A stretch of DNA of 64,000 nucleotides from assembly GCA_026395685.1 (NCBI GenBank), contig JAPLYG010000001.1:7862-71861 (forward strand). The letters run 5' to 3'. This DNA is from Candidatus Parcubacteria bacterium. Its GTDB lineage: Bacteria > Patescibacteriota > Patescibacteriia > CAIXNZ01. The position numbers and the translations under genes are program-made. The notes under the pieces were generated by a model. The model did no database searches. It was not told the origin of the DNA and worked only from the letters and a program-made list of their open reading frames with translations. Positions 9,872 through 20,613 of this stretch are shown one piece after another (position 1 is the stretch's first letter; the number at the start of each line of letters is the position of its first letter).

Positions 9872-11869
9872 ATGGCAAGCGCAATCAATGGTAAAAAAAT
9901 AAAAGCATTGCAGCGCCAATCTGATTTGCAAGAAAAATCAGTAATTAATGATTCTTTGGCCAACTTTTATAATGCCACGGAGCATTCATTCTCCGGCATT
10001 TTTATTTTGGACAATGATTTTAATATTATTTATCTGAATGAAGCAGCGGCTAAAAATCATGGCTATGCCAGGGAGAAGATCGGGATTAAAAATTTTTTTG
10101 ATTTAATCAATTGCCAATCAAATAATAAACAAAATAAGATTTTAGCCAGGTTGCAGAAAGGAGAGTGGATCGGCAAAATCAAAATAGATGGCGCTTCGGG
10201 CGACAGGATGAAATATGAAATTTATATCAATAAAATACAGCAAATTGGAAACGGACGACAGTCCTTTTTGGCCATAGAAAACCAAATTCTTGATTCAACC
10301 AAAACAGAAGAAAAATTGAGGCAGTCAGAGGAACGTTTCAGGATAATTTTTGAAAACGCGCCCGAAACGATTTATTTGAATGATCTGAAGGGAACATTTA
10401 TTGCCGGCAATAGAGCCTCGGAAATATTGACCGGTTATAAAAGAAACGAGCTGATAGGTAAAAGTTTTCTCAAATTGAAGCTGATTAGCCCCCAGCAAAT
10501 ACTCAAAGCGGCAGAGCTTTTAGCTGCTAATGCTTTAGGCAAACCGACTGGCCCTAATGAATTTAAATTAAGACGTAAAGACGGCGCAACAGTCATAGTT
10601 GAAATAAGCACTTATCCTGTTAAATTAAACGATAAAACCACAATTTTGGGCATTGCTAGGGATATCTCGGAAAGAAAATCCATGGAAAATAAGCTGGCTG
10701 AAAGCGAGGCAAAATACCGCTCTTTGGTTGAAGAAACAAGCGATATTATTTACTCTGCAGATTTGGACGGCAACTTGACTTATATCAGTCCGCAAATTGC
10801 CAAATTAGGATATCGCCCCAAAGAGCTTATCGGAAAAAATTTCCTCCAATTCATTCATCAAAGCGATAGGAATAAAGTAATTAATGATTTTAAAAAAACC
10901 ATCACAACAGGGCAGGAATTACCAACCCAATTCAGGCTCATATCAGACAATAAAAAAAACAATTATCGCTGGGTTGAAGAAACTGATAAAGTTATCAGGA
11001 ATCGCCAGAACAACATAGTCGGTGTCACCGGCATAGTTAGGGATATTACTGAACGCAAGATTATTGAAAAACAATTGGCAAAATTAAATAATGAGCTGGA
11101 TCGTAAAGTTGAACAAAGAACCAGGCAATTAAAAATAGCCTTAACAGAGTTAAAAAGCCTGGATGCTTTAAAGGATGAATTTTTGAATATTTCCGCTCAC
11201 GAGTTAAAAACGCCCCTAACTTCTATTATCGGTTTGACCGAATTAATGATCCTAAAAAAACAGGGTTCAATTAATAACCAGCAGGAAAAAAGCCTGCAGA
11301 TTGTCAATAATGAATCAAACAGGCTTTTAAATATTATTAAAAAGATTTTAAATATTACCCGTATTGAGGCCAAAAAAGCTGTCTTTGACCTGCAATTATT
11401 AAATCCCTGTGATTTATTGCCCAAGGTCGTGGAATCGCTTAAAACCATTGCCAAGGGCTTAGAAGTTAAAATAATCTGCCAACGGCCACATGGGAAATTT
11501 TTAGTTAAGGCTGATCCGGAAAAATTGCAGGAAGTGGTATATAACCTGATTGATAATGCATTAAAATTCAGCCCGCCCAACAGCAAGGTTCTTGTTTCCG
11601 GTGAAATTAAGGATAAGAACTTTATTTTCAGTGTCAAAGACCAGGGGCATGGCATTGACCCTGCTTCAAAAAAACGGCTCTTCCAAAAATTTTCCCAGTT
11701 GGATACCGGCTTCAGCCGCCAGCAGGAAGGCACGGGACTGGGCTTGTATATCAGCAAAATCATGATAGACAGCATGGGGGGCAAAATATGGGTTGAGTCA
11801 GAACTCGGCAAAGGCGCGACTTTTATATTCAGCTTGCCTATCGCTAAAAAAAAGAAAAACGCCGGCTAA
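9872..11869 (+). CDS. Cytoplasmic PAS-domain sensor histidine kinase
   Basis: Three PAS/PAC repeats, H-box SAHELKTPL, N-box NLIDNALKF, G-boxes DQGHGI and GTGLGL. Confidence 0.92.
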   Translation: MASAINGKKIKALQRQSDLQEKSVINDSLANFYNATEHSFSGIFILDNDFNIIYLNEAAAKNHGYAREKIGIKNFFDLINCQSNNKQNKILARLQKGEWIGKIKIDGASGDRMKYEIYINKIQQIGNGRQSFLAIENQILDSTKTEEKLRQSEERFRIIFENAPETIYLNDLKGTFIAGNRASEILTGYKRNELIGKSFLKLKLISPQQILKAAELLAANALGKPTGPNEFKLRRKDGATVIVEISTYPVKLNDKTTILGIARDISERKSMENKLAESEAKYRSLVEETSDIIYSADLDGNLTYISPQIAKLGYRPKELIGKNFLQFIHQSDRNKVINDFKKTITTGQELPTQFRLISDNKKNNYRWVEETDKVIRNRQNNIVGVTGIVRDITERKIIEKQLAKLNNELDRKVEQRTRQLKIALTELKSLDALKDEFLNISAHELKTPLTSIIGLTELMILKKQGSINNQQEKSLQIVNNESNRLLNIIKKILNITRIEAKKAVFDLQLLNPCDLLPKVVESLKTIAKGLEVKIICQRPHGKFLVKADPEKLQEVVYNLIDNALKFSPPNSKVLVSGEIKDKNFIFSVKDQGHGIDPASKKRLFQKFSQLDTGFSRQQEGTGLGLYISKIMIDSMGGKIWVESELGKGATFIFSLPIAKKKKNAG

Positions 11870-11883
11870 TAAGCTGGCGTTTT
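11856..11883. terminator. Bidirectional intrinsic terminator
   Basis: aaaacgccggct-aat-aagctggcgtttt between convergent genes. Confidence 0.7.
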
Positions 11884-11890
11884 GCATAGG

Positions 11891-12253
11891 TTAGGCGTTT
11901 TTTCCCAAAGATTGCCTGACGAAATTTTCAAGCACATCGTCTTGCCACGGTTTGGGTGTAAAAAGTATTCCGCTGGGAGCCTCTCTTGCCTGAAGATTGC
12001 CTGAAATCAGTATCACGGGCAATGCCGGATAGGTCTCTTTTACTTTGGAAATCAATTCCAATCCTGTCATTCCCGGCATTTTATGGTCAGTGATCAGCAG
12101 GTCAAATTGTTGCTTTTGCAACAAGATTAAAGCCTTTTCCCCGCTTTCCGCCTGTATAAATTCAACCCCCAATTTCCTTAATGCGCGGCAAATGGCTTTA
12201 CGCACATATTCTTCATCGTCAACGAGCAAAATTTGCTTCTTGGCCTCACTCAT
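11891..12253 (-). CDS. Single-domain response regulator
   Basis: ILLVDDE, DLLITDHKMPGMTG and PKPW; AGGAGG RBS. Confidence 0.9.
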   Translation of the reverse strand: MSEAKKQILLVDDEEYVRKAICRALRKLGVEFIQAESGEKALILLQKQQFDLLITDHKMPGMTGLELISKVKETYPALPVILISGNLQAREAPSGILFTPKPWQDDVLENFVRQSLGKNA

Positions 12254-12518
12254 TTTAACCTCCTTTATAATTTAGAATCTTACAATAAATCTCTTGCCCC
12301 CGATATGGAGATATCTTAGTATGAATTAGATTATTTATCAACCCTAAAGCCTGGTAAAGTTGTCCTATCTGCAGTTATGAGTTTCGCAATTTATACGGGC
12401 AATAAAGGGTTAATAAATGCTTGAATTTTATTAGGAAAAACGGCTTTTTTTCGTTTGACTCAGCGCAATTTTAGGCGTAAAATAAGAATAAATTAGCTTA
12501 ATTTTAAACTTCTCAAAT

Positions 12519-15422
12519 ATGGACAAAAAGCACCAAATCTTAAGAACGCCACAAATAGACAGTGATATAACAGATTCTGCTAAAAACAAGCTGAAGAAAG
12601 GGCTTGTTAGTTTGGTTCAGAAATTCAAGGAAGAAGACGGCTGGTCAAAGTCTGAAGAACATGTTCAGACCAGCTTTACGATTAAGTTACTGGAATTGCT
12701 GGGCTGGGATAGTTCAAGCTGGAATATCAACCAAGGACAGGATGTTAAGACTGGCAAAAAGCCCGATATAGTTTTAAAATCAAGCACATCCAAACTTTTA
12801 GTTATTGAGTCTAAGGATGCCCACAAAAAAGACATGCTTGACGGAGCATATCAGACCAAAACTTTTGTAGAGCAGTTATTAAAATATTGTTCTGGTGAGG
12901 GTGTGGCCTGGGGCGTACTGACTAATTTCGTGGAATGGCGACTGTACAGCTTTTATCAGGGGCGATTATATAAAAACAAAAAGTATGCCTTTTATGATTT
13001 GCTTTGGCCGAACGCCAACAAAGAAGATTATATTGATTTGCTTTCAGAAGATGGTTTAAACTTCTTACTCAAGCTCTCTAAAAGTTTCTTACTGCAAACT
13101 CAGGGCAGAATTGATCAGGATACTATTTATTATCCAGTTCAGCAGGATTTGGGCGTGGAAAAAATAAAGAAAGAATTTTTTGAAAAGATTAAAGTTTGGC
13201 GGTCATCCTTGCGTAAATATTTATTAAAGAATTATCCTCGCATTGAGGCTGATGATATTGATTTATTAGCACAGAAAATTTTAGACCGCTTAATCTTCAT
13301 GGACATCTGCCATGACAAGCATGTAATTGGCGAAGACATTATTGGTCAGGTTAAGGAATCAAAGTTGCCCAAGTATCAGGAATTGAAACTCAAGTTTAAA
13401 CAGATGGATGATAAGTTTAATACCGAGCTTTTCACATTTAAAGATTACAGCCAAGTCAATGAAGAAGATATTAAGATCAATGACGAAGTTATCCTACCAA
13501 TAATCACAGACTTGATAGAAATTGATTTTTCTAAATTAAGCGTTCATATTATCGGCGAAGTTTACGAGAATTATTTGGGCGAATTGGCCAAGTCCAGAAC
13601 TACTGATTCCGCCTCCGCTAAAGCTTCGGCGGACAGGGAAAAGAAAATCAGCGATAAGCAGAAACAAAAACGAAAATCCCAGGGTATTTACTATACTCCC
13701 GATTACATTGTTGACTACATTGTGAAAAATACAATCGGTGAGATATTGAAACAGGCAAAAACTGTTGAAGAAATAGAAAAAATAAGAGTCATAGATCCTG
13801 CCTGTGGATCAGGTTCTTTCCTTATCAGAGCATTTGATGAGTTTTTAAATGCATATATGCGGGTTCACAGAGAAGGCGGTCTGTTTGCTTTTGAATTAAA
13901 AAAGAAAATCTTGCAGAAGAATCTGTTTGGGGTTGATTTGGATGCCAAAGCCGTGGAAATTACAAAGTTGAATCTGCTGATTAAGGCTTTGGATGGCACC
14001 AAACCTGAAGATCTTAAGGGTAAACACCTTTTGCCTAATTTAAACTTGAACATTCGCTGTGGTAATTCATTGATTGGCGGTGAAAAATTACAGGATAAAG
14101 AGCAAAGCTTAAATCTTTTTGATAATTATAAAACTGAAGTTAATAAATTAGCTGACTTAAAGATTAGTTTTTACAAAGAATCAGATGATCAGAAGAAAAA
14201 GGACTTGCTGACAGAAATTGGCACATTGGAAATGGTGATTAATAAAAATCTTAACGGTGGGTTGAGCAAATACTTCTCCAACTTATCAAAAGTTGATCCC
14301 TTTAATTATTTCGTCGCATTTTGTTAAATATTTAATGATGGTGGGTTTGACGCAATAATCGGTAATCCGCCATATGGAGCTGAACTGAATGATAATGAAA
14401 AGGAATTTTATGCTAATAATTTTGGGGTCGGTTCAACTGATACTGCAATCCTGTTTATCAAGCGTTCATTTGATATTTTAAAGGATGAAAGTAAATTCGG
14501 ATTTATTGTCCCTAAAGCTTTTTGTTTTGCCTCTAATTACGAAAAAATCAGGGATTATGTTTGGAATAATCTGGAACAGATTGTGGACTGCAATAAAGTA
14601 TGGAAAGAAGTCAAACTCGAACAGCTTATATTTATAATCAACAAAGAAAAGAAATCTAAAAAATACTTATCCGCTAATTTTAAGAATAAGCAATTAAACA
14701 TCCTCGGCGATATTGATAAATCCGATGCAAAAGAATTTGGTTTCTTTTTAAATAGTGTTTCACCCGACGAAGTTGAAATCGCTAAAAAGATAAAATCAAA
14801 TTCACTTATGCTTAATGATATTGCCACTAATCAGAGGGGTGCAATTTTACAAAAACATATTTCAGACAAGGGCGAACTTGAGGTTATTGGCGGAGCGCAA
14901 GTACAGAGATTTGGAATTGATGGGATTAAGGGTAAAATTGACAAGAGTAAAATAGACAATGATCAAGCTTATTTAAAAGATAATTCTGTCTTAGTCCAGA
15001 ATATTGTCGCTCATATAGAAAATCCTGTTGACCATATTTTAATTATTGCAGGAATACCTGAAAAAGCAGACTATATTTTAGTGGATACCGTAAATCAAAT
15101 AACTTTACAAAAAGAGTTCTCGCCTTATTTTATTTGGTGTCTTCTAAATTCTAAGATAATTAACTGGTATGCTTATAGGTTCATTTTTGGTAAAGCTATT
15201 AGAACTATGCATTTTGATAATTCAGTGACTGCACGATTGCCTATTCCTAAGGCCACGAAGCAGGAGAAAAATTTATTAATTCAAAAGGCAAAGGAATTCT
15301 TGAAATTGGTAAAACAGAACCCAAGTGAGGATAAAATAAATGCGGTTAATTACGAAATTGACAAGGTGGTTTATAATTTGTTCGGATTGACTGATAATGA
15401 AATTAATTTATTATTTAAATAA
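12519..15422 (+). pseudogene. Type IIG (Eco57I/TaqI-like) fused restriction-modification enzyme interrupted by one in-frame TAA at 14325-14327
   Basis: PD-(D/E)XK (KPDIVL...VIESK), GIYYTP and DPACGSG precede the stop. The same frame then continues IFNDGGFDAIIGNPPY into ORF 14583..15422 (TRD-like C-terminus). Confidence 0.85.
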
Positions 15423-15437
15423 TCTAACTATAAAAAT

Positions 15438-16472
15438 ATGGATGACCGTAAAATACAAGAGATAAGAGAAGGATTACAAAGTTCTCATGTGAATTTTTTA
15501 TTTGGAGCGGGCTTGTCAACACCATATTTGCCATTGCTTGGCGATATTGAGATAAGATTATCAAGAGAAAGGAAATCCGCTGAAAGAATAAAGATAAAGA
15601 AGGAATACTTTGAAAAAGTCATGATCCCCAATTTAGAAATCATAAATAATGATATTACTAGTTCAAAACAGAATGATTTTAATATTACACAAAAAGCATA
15701 TAAAGATTTTTTTGAGCTTATTGGTCACATTTTACTTCACAGAAAAAATACTATTTTAAGTAAACAAGTAAATATCTTTACAACTAATATTGACATTCTA
15801 ATGGAAGTAGCATTAGAGGAACTTAACATGGAATACAATGATGGATTCTCTGGTAGACTAAATTCAGTTTTTAGTTTAAGTAATTTCAAGCGGTCTATTT
15901 TAAAACGAAGCTTGCACTATGAAAATGTATCGGAGGTGCCTATTTTCAATCTGGTAAAAATACACGGTTCCCTTACTTGGAAGAAAATTGAAGACAAGAT
16001 ATTTTTCTCTAAATTAACCCATTTTGATAAATCATTACTAAAAAAGTCTGGGAAAAAATTTGATGACAATTACAAAAAATTAGCAATAGTGAATCCTGAA
16101 AAGAAAAAACTTGAAGAAACCGTAATGGATCTGACTTATTATGAATTACTCAGAATGTATTCTAGTGAATTAGAGAAAGAAAATGTCATTTTATTTATTA
16201 TGGGTTTTTCAATGGAAGATGAACATATAAGAGAAATAACTATTAGGGGTGCTAATTCAAATCCCACATTAAAAATCTATCTTATTAGTCACGAAAAAGA
16301 TACTAATTTAGATCTGGCAAGAAAAATGGAAATCGGAAAATTGAGATATTCAAATATTGAAATAGTAGAACCTGAAGATGGAGAACAAAATAGCAAATTA
16401 AGTCTAACTGTAATTACAAAATTGATTTTCGAAAAAGTGGTTAAGAACATTGCTCATGACAACAAAGATTAA
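15438..16472 (+). CDS. SIR2-family NADase of a Sir2-HerA anti-phage system
   Basis: FLFGAGLS, FTTNID, KIHGSL and GFSMEDEHI; overlaps the HerA gene. Confidence 0.88.
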   Translation: MDDRKIQEIREGLQSSHVNFLFGAGLSTPYLPLLGDIEIRLSRERKSAERIKIKKEYFEKVMIPNLEIINNDITSSKQNDFNITQKAYKDFFELIGHILLHRKNTILSKQVNIFTTNIDILMEVALEELNMEYNDGFSGRLNSVFSLSNFKRSILKRSLHYENVSEVPIFNLVKIHGSLTWKKIEDKIFFSKLTHFDKSLLKKSGKKFDDNYKKLAIVNPEKKKLEETVMDLTYYELLRMYSSELEKENVILFIMGFSMEDEHIREITIRGANSNPTLKIYLISHEKDTNLDLARKMEIGKLRYSNIEIVEPEDGEQNSKLSLTVITKLIFEKVVKNIAHDNKD

Positions 16473-18366
16473 TCCAATTGAAAAAGAATTAGTTAGGGAG
16501 TCAATTTTTATAATTGGACATGTTTTGTCTGTAGAGGGTAGGATTGTCAAAATTAAATTAAATAAAGATAAGAATCATTCCCACATACTGTACGAGGGTA
16601 AAACGGTAAAAAATGTTTCAGTTGGTGGTTATGTAAAAATCATTAAAGGTTTTGTTAGTATTATTGGTAAGGTTGAGGGAGAATATATTACTGAAGAAAA
16701 ATACATCAATAGAGAATATAACAAAGAAGAGATAAAAATAAATAGAATTTTGCAGGTTTCTCTTTTTGGTCATTTTGAAGGTGGTTGTTTTAGACAGGGT
16801 ATTAAAGAAATGCCACTTATTGATAACGAGTGTTATCTTTTAAATAGAGAAGAGTTCAACACCCTTCATCAGTTCTATAAAAATAGTCAGAAGTCGATAG
16901 TCATAGGAAGTTTAACAGAAGAACCTTCGCAAAAGATACGACTAGGTGTCAATAATTTATTTGCTAGTCACATAGGAATATTTGGCAATACAGGAAGTGG
17001 TAAATCAAACACATTAGCCAAAATTTACACTGAATTATTTATAGAATTTGATGATAACGAGGAGTTTAAAGCTAAATCTGATTTCGTGATTATTGATTTT
17101 AATGGTGAATATATAGGTAGGGATATAATTACCAATAATAAAACTGTTTACGAATTATCTACAGGTAAAGAAGGAAGTAAGAAAAAATATCCAATAACTA
17201 GAGAAAATCTTAATAAGGTTGAAGTGTTATCCGTTTTATTAGAAGCTACGGAAAAGACTCAAAAGCCTTTTCTGGATAGGGTTGTAAGAAATGATTACTT
17301 AAATGACGTCGATAAATTTAATAGTAGGGTAATTTCTGATATAGAAGATATTTGCAGAAACATTATTGACAAAAAAGACAAAAATATGCGAGAAGGAGTT
17401 GTGGTTGAGTTATTTGGACGAATTTCAGATTTAGTTTTAGATGAAAGTAAAGATGGGATAACAAATTTAAAAAAAGAAATTGAAAATAATTTGCATTTCT
17501 TTTCAGGTACTGGTGGTACCCCCGAATATTACTGGGCAAATTCCTCAGATTCAAATAATTTTAATAACAAGACACCAATTTATGATAATAAAATAAAAAC
17601 CGTAGTGGATGGTTTAAAATTTAAAAGTGATGAGTTTAGTAAATTAAAACTAAAGATTATACTCAATTATTTTCACGAGACTATTAAGGGATACTCAAAT
17701 CAGGAACACATTGCCCCTTTAATCGGCAGAACTTTTAGAAAATTCGATATGCTTGAAAAGTTAATTGAGATTAATGAAGAAGTAGACTCAAATAACTTAT
17801 CAATTGTTTGTTTGAGAAATGTAAATATTGAAATGAAAAAGATAATTCCTCTTATTGTTTCTAAGCAACTATACGAGAGGAAAAAAGAGATAAATGGGAA
17901 AAAATCATTGCATATCATTGTTGATGAAGCACATAATATTCTTTCAACGATGTCGCAAAGGGAAAGTGAAACATGGAAAGATTATCGCCTAGAAACATTT
18001 GAAGAAATAATTAAAGAAGGTAGAAAATTTGGTGTCTTTTTGACCATCGCAAGCCAAAGGCCATATGATATTTCCTCTACAATCATTTCTCAATTGCACA
18101 ATTATTTCATCCATAGACTAATTAATGATAATGATATTAATGCGGTTGAGAAGGCGGTTTCTTATCTTGATAAGCTATCATTTCAAACTATCCCAATATT
18201 ATCAGTTGGAAGTTGTTTTGTTGCTGGATTAGCTTCGGATATACCTATTAAAGTCGATATTGATCCACTGGAAAAAAACAAAAGACCAAAGAGCGAGACT
18301 GTTGATTTAGAAAATGCGTGGACAAAAATTTTGTCGCCAAATAATCGAAAATCAAGCAAACAATAG
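16456..18366 (+). CDS. HerA-family ATPase/helicase (Sir2-HerA partner)
   Basis: N-terminal HAS-barrel-like region, Walker A GNTGSGKS, Walker B IIVDEAH and ASQRP; ATG at 16456. Confidence 0.9.
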   Translation: MTTKINPIEKELVRESIFIIGHVLSVEGRIVKIKLNKDKNHSHILYEGKTVKNVSVGGYVKIIKGFVSIIGKVEGEYITEEKYINREYNKEEIKINRILQVSLFGHFEGGCFRQGIKEMPLIDNECYLLNREEFNTLHQFYKNSQKSIVIGSLTEEPSQKIRLGVNNLFASHIGIFGNTGSGKSNTLAKIYTELFIEFDDNEEFKAKSDFVIIDFNGEYIGRDIITNNKTVYELSTGKEGSKKKYPITRENLNKVEVLSVLLEATEKTQKPFLDRVVRNDYLNDVDKFNSRVISDIEDICRNIIDKKDKNMREGVVVELFGRISDLVLDESKDGITNLKKEIENNLHFFSGTGGTPEYYWANSSDSNNFNNKTPIYDNKIKTVVDGLKFKSDEFSKLKLKIILNYFHETIKGYSNQEHIAPLIGRTFRKFDMLEKLIEINEEVDSNNLSIVCLRNVNIEMKKIIPLIVSKQLYERKKEINGKKSLHIIVDEAHNILSTMSQRESETWKDYRLETFEEIIKEGRKFGVFLTIASQRPYDISSTIISQLHNYFIHRLINDNDINAVEKAVSYLDKLSFQTIPILSVGSCFVAGLASDIPIKVDIDPLEKNKRPKSETVDLENAWTKILSPNNRKSSKQ

Positions 18367-18436
18367 TTTGTATAAAACACCACTCTCTTAATTAATTCTA
18401 TTAACATTGATAGAATAGATTGTCATTTTAAATAAT

Positions 18437-19906
18437 ATGCCACACCAAATTATAAAATTTTCAGAATATTTTAATCTAAATAAGAGTCAGTACGAACTTG
18501 ATTTTGTTGATGTTCCTATAAATAATGGCGATGTGCCTTTATTTATTGATCCCTATGCAATATCTAAAAGAACTGATTATTGGTCAATTGAGTGTCATAA
18601 TGCAATCGTAGATTTCTTTCAATATTTAATTGATCAAATTAGCCAAGGCAACACTCAACAAGCCAGGAATGCTTTATCTGGTTTAAGGGAGCCAAATCAA
18701 ACCAGATTAGGCATGTCTACTGGAAATAAGCCAAGAGGACGAGGTATCGGGAATGAGCAATCTGAATTTTTATTTTTAGCATTATCAGAAAGCACCGCTG
18801 TAAGAACTGGATTCATAAAAGATCTAGAAGAATGTGAACTTTTAATTGAGGGTATTGGCCGTGATAAAATTTCCGATATAGCCACAAATATAATCAGACA
18901 TAAATTAATTGAGTATACTCAAATACAGTGTGAACTTTGGAATATCACATTAAACTCGGTTCCAAGTGGGATGACATGGAATCAAGATTTAAATGAATGG
19001 GAGAATGAATATGTTAATCTGCCAGTATGTAATTCTAATAGTGTTATTTTAATCCCAAAGGCAATAGCTAGATTTGATATTGAATTTGATTATCAAGAAT
19101 ATTATCAACACTTCGTATTGAATTTTCTTCAATCCGAAGAATTATCTGCAAATTCTTCACTGGTTAGAACTTTAAAAAATGGGACTAAAAAACCACCCTA
19201 CAAAAAAGCTTTAAAGGAAAAATATCCTTTAACCAAGAAATATCTTTATGAATTTTCTAAAGAGCACCCAGATATATTAAGTAATTATAAAACTAGCAAA
19301 GGCTATAATTTAAGAGAATTAAGCGTAGAGGATATTTTATTTTTCGCTTATAAACAAGAGACAAATAGAAGCATTGATTATAATACTTTAAAGAATAAGT
19401 TAAATACCATTCAAACTGGAGACTCAGCCGCTAATCAATATCATGATTATATTATAGGAGCGATGACGGCAATATTTTATCCTTACCTTATCAACCCTAA
19501 AAAAGAGCAGGAAATTCATGATGGAAGGAAAAGAATTGATATAGTATTCCAAAATTCAGCACATGACGGTTTCTTTTTTGAATTACCGAATACTAAATCG
19601 GTTCCGTCCGGGTATATATTTGTCGAGTGTAAGAATTACGCAAGTGATCCCGCCAACCCTGCATTGGATCAATTGTCTGGAAGATTTTCAACTAATAGAG
19701 GTAAATTCGGATTTTTAGTGTGTAGGTCATTTAGCAATAAAGATTTATTTATACAAAGATGCAAAGACACAGCACAAGATGATAGAGGTTTTATTGTCGC
19801 ACTAGACGACGATGACATTGAAAAGTTATTAGAATTTAGAAGTAATAATAATTATGCTGGCATTAATACTTTTTTAGATGATAGATTTAAAGAATTGGTA
19901 ATGTAA
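18437..19906 (+). CDS. Putative defence protein with C-terminal PD-(D/E)XK restriction-endonuclease-like domain
   Basis: RIDIVF...FVECKNY...LDQL motif; N-terminal LDFVDV...PLFIDP region of unknown function; island context. Confidence 0.6.
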   Translation: MPHQIIKFSEYFNLNKSQYELDFVDVPINNGDVPLFIDPYAISKRTDYWSIECHNAIVDFFQYLIDQISQGNTQQARNALSGLREPNQTRLGMSTGNKPRGRGIGNEQSEFLFLALSESTAVRTGFIKDLEECELLIEGIGRDKISDIATNIIRHKLIEYTQIQCELWNITLNSVPSGMTWNQDLNEWENEYVNLPVCNSNSVILIPKAIARFDIEFDYQEYYQHFVLNFLQSEELSANSSLVRTLKNGTKKPPYKKALKEKYPLTKKYLYEFSKEHPDILSNYKTSKGYNLRELSVEDILFFAYKQETNRSIDYNTLKNKLNTIQTGDSAANQYHDYIIGAMTAIFYPYLINPKKEQEIHDGRKRIDIVFQNSAHDGFFFELPNTKSVPSGYIFVECKNYASDPANPALDQLSGRFSTNRGKFGFLVCRSFSNKDLFIQRCKDTAQDDRGFIVALDDDDIEKLLEFRSNNNYAGINTFLDDRFKELVM

Positions 19907-19912
19907 TATAAT

Positions 19913-20329
19913 ATGCTTAAAGAATCACAAGTTGAAAATATTTTGAGAGGATACTTAATTAGTAAAGGATGGCGATTAACAAACTTGCCTAAAGGTATTG
20001 GTGAAGGTGGTATTGATATTAAAGGTTATCATCCTATTAAAAGGAAGGTTTTATTGGTAGAGGTTAAAGGTGACGGGAAAGCAAAGAATCAAACACTGCA
20101 TAATGGTTTTTACACTATTTTAGGCCAGATACTTTTTCGCATGGATAAACAAGGTAATGATCAGAAGAAGGCTAGAACCTATGCCTTAGCCATCCCTGCA
20201 AATTGGGAGGATGCGTTTACTAAGAAAATCAAACAAATGCCATACGGCTGGAGTTTATTGCGATTAAAAGTCTTTTTAGTTTCAAATAGAAGCGTTGAAG
20301 AAAAAAATTATAAATATTTTTTAAAATAA
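19913..20329 (+). CDS. Small PD-(D/E)XK (Mrr-like) endonuclease
   Basis: ESQVE...GIDIKG...LVEVKG...GQI. Confidence 0.65.
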   Translation: MLKESQVENILRGYLISKGWRLTNLPKGIGEGGIDIKGYHPIKRKVLLVEVKGDGKAKNQTLHNGFYTILGQILFRMDKQGNDQKKARTYALAIPANWEDAFTKKIKQMPYGWSLLRLKVFLVSNRSVEEKNYKYFLK

Positions 20330-20342
20330 TTAAATATAAATT

Positions 20343-20540
20343 ATGCTCACCTCAAAAATCAAAGTCCTAAACGAAGAAAAAATTGCCAATATAATTTTGG
20401 ATTTAGAACGCGGGAAATTAAAAATTCCAAGATTTCAGCGTCAATTTGTTTGGGAGCGGTCAAAAATTATTAAACTTTTAGATAGCATCTATCAGGAGTT
20501 TCCGATCGGCAGTTTTTTCGGGGGAATGACTTGTGGATAA
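20343..20540 (+). pseudogene. Truncated DUF262 (GmrSD N-terminal, ParB/Srx-like) gene
   Basis: IPRFQRQFVW...LLDSIYQEFPIGSF, then an abrupt end before the DGQQR motif. Confidence 0.8.
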
Positions 20541-20550
20541 GTATTGTTGT

Positions 20551-20575
20551 GTTCGGCTTTTGTTCGGGATATAAT
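20551..20575 (+). promoter_or_regulatory. Direct-repeat operator (GTTC-N7-GTTC) next to a TATAAT -10 box
   Basis: GTTCGG at 20551 and 20562; TATAAT at 20570-20575 upstream of tcmP. Confidence 0.45.
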
Positions 20576-20613
20576 ATTAATAACAAAATATCTCTAAGTA
20601 TTATTCATATTCT

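Noticed and set aside
12254-12518. attL copy of the tRNA-Glu 3' end
   Set aside because: No matching direct repeat found by eye, so the left boundary of the island stays approximate.
14325-14327. Stop-codon recoding (code 25 or code 4)
   Set aside because: The internal stop is TAA, which ends most genes here, and TGA also acts as a stop (32329, 49043). No other gene is fragmented this way.
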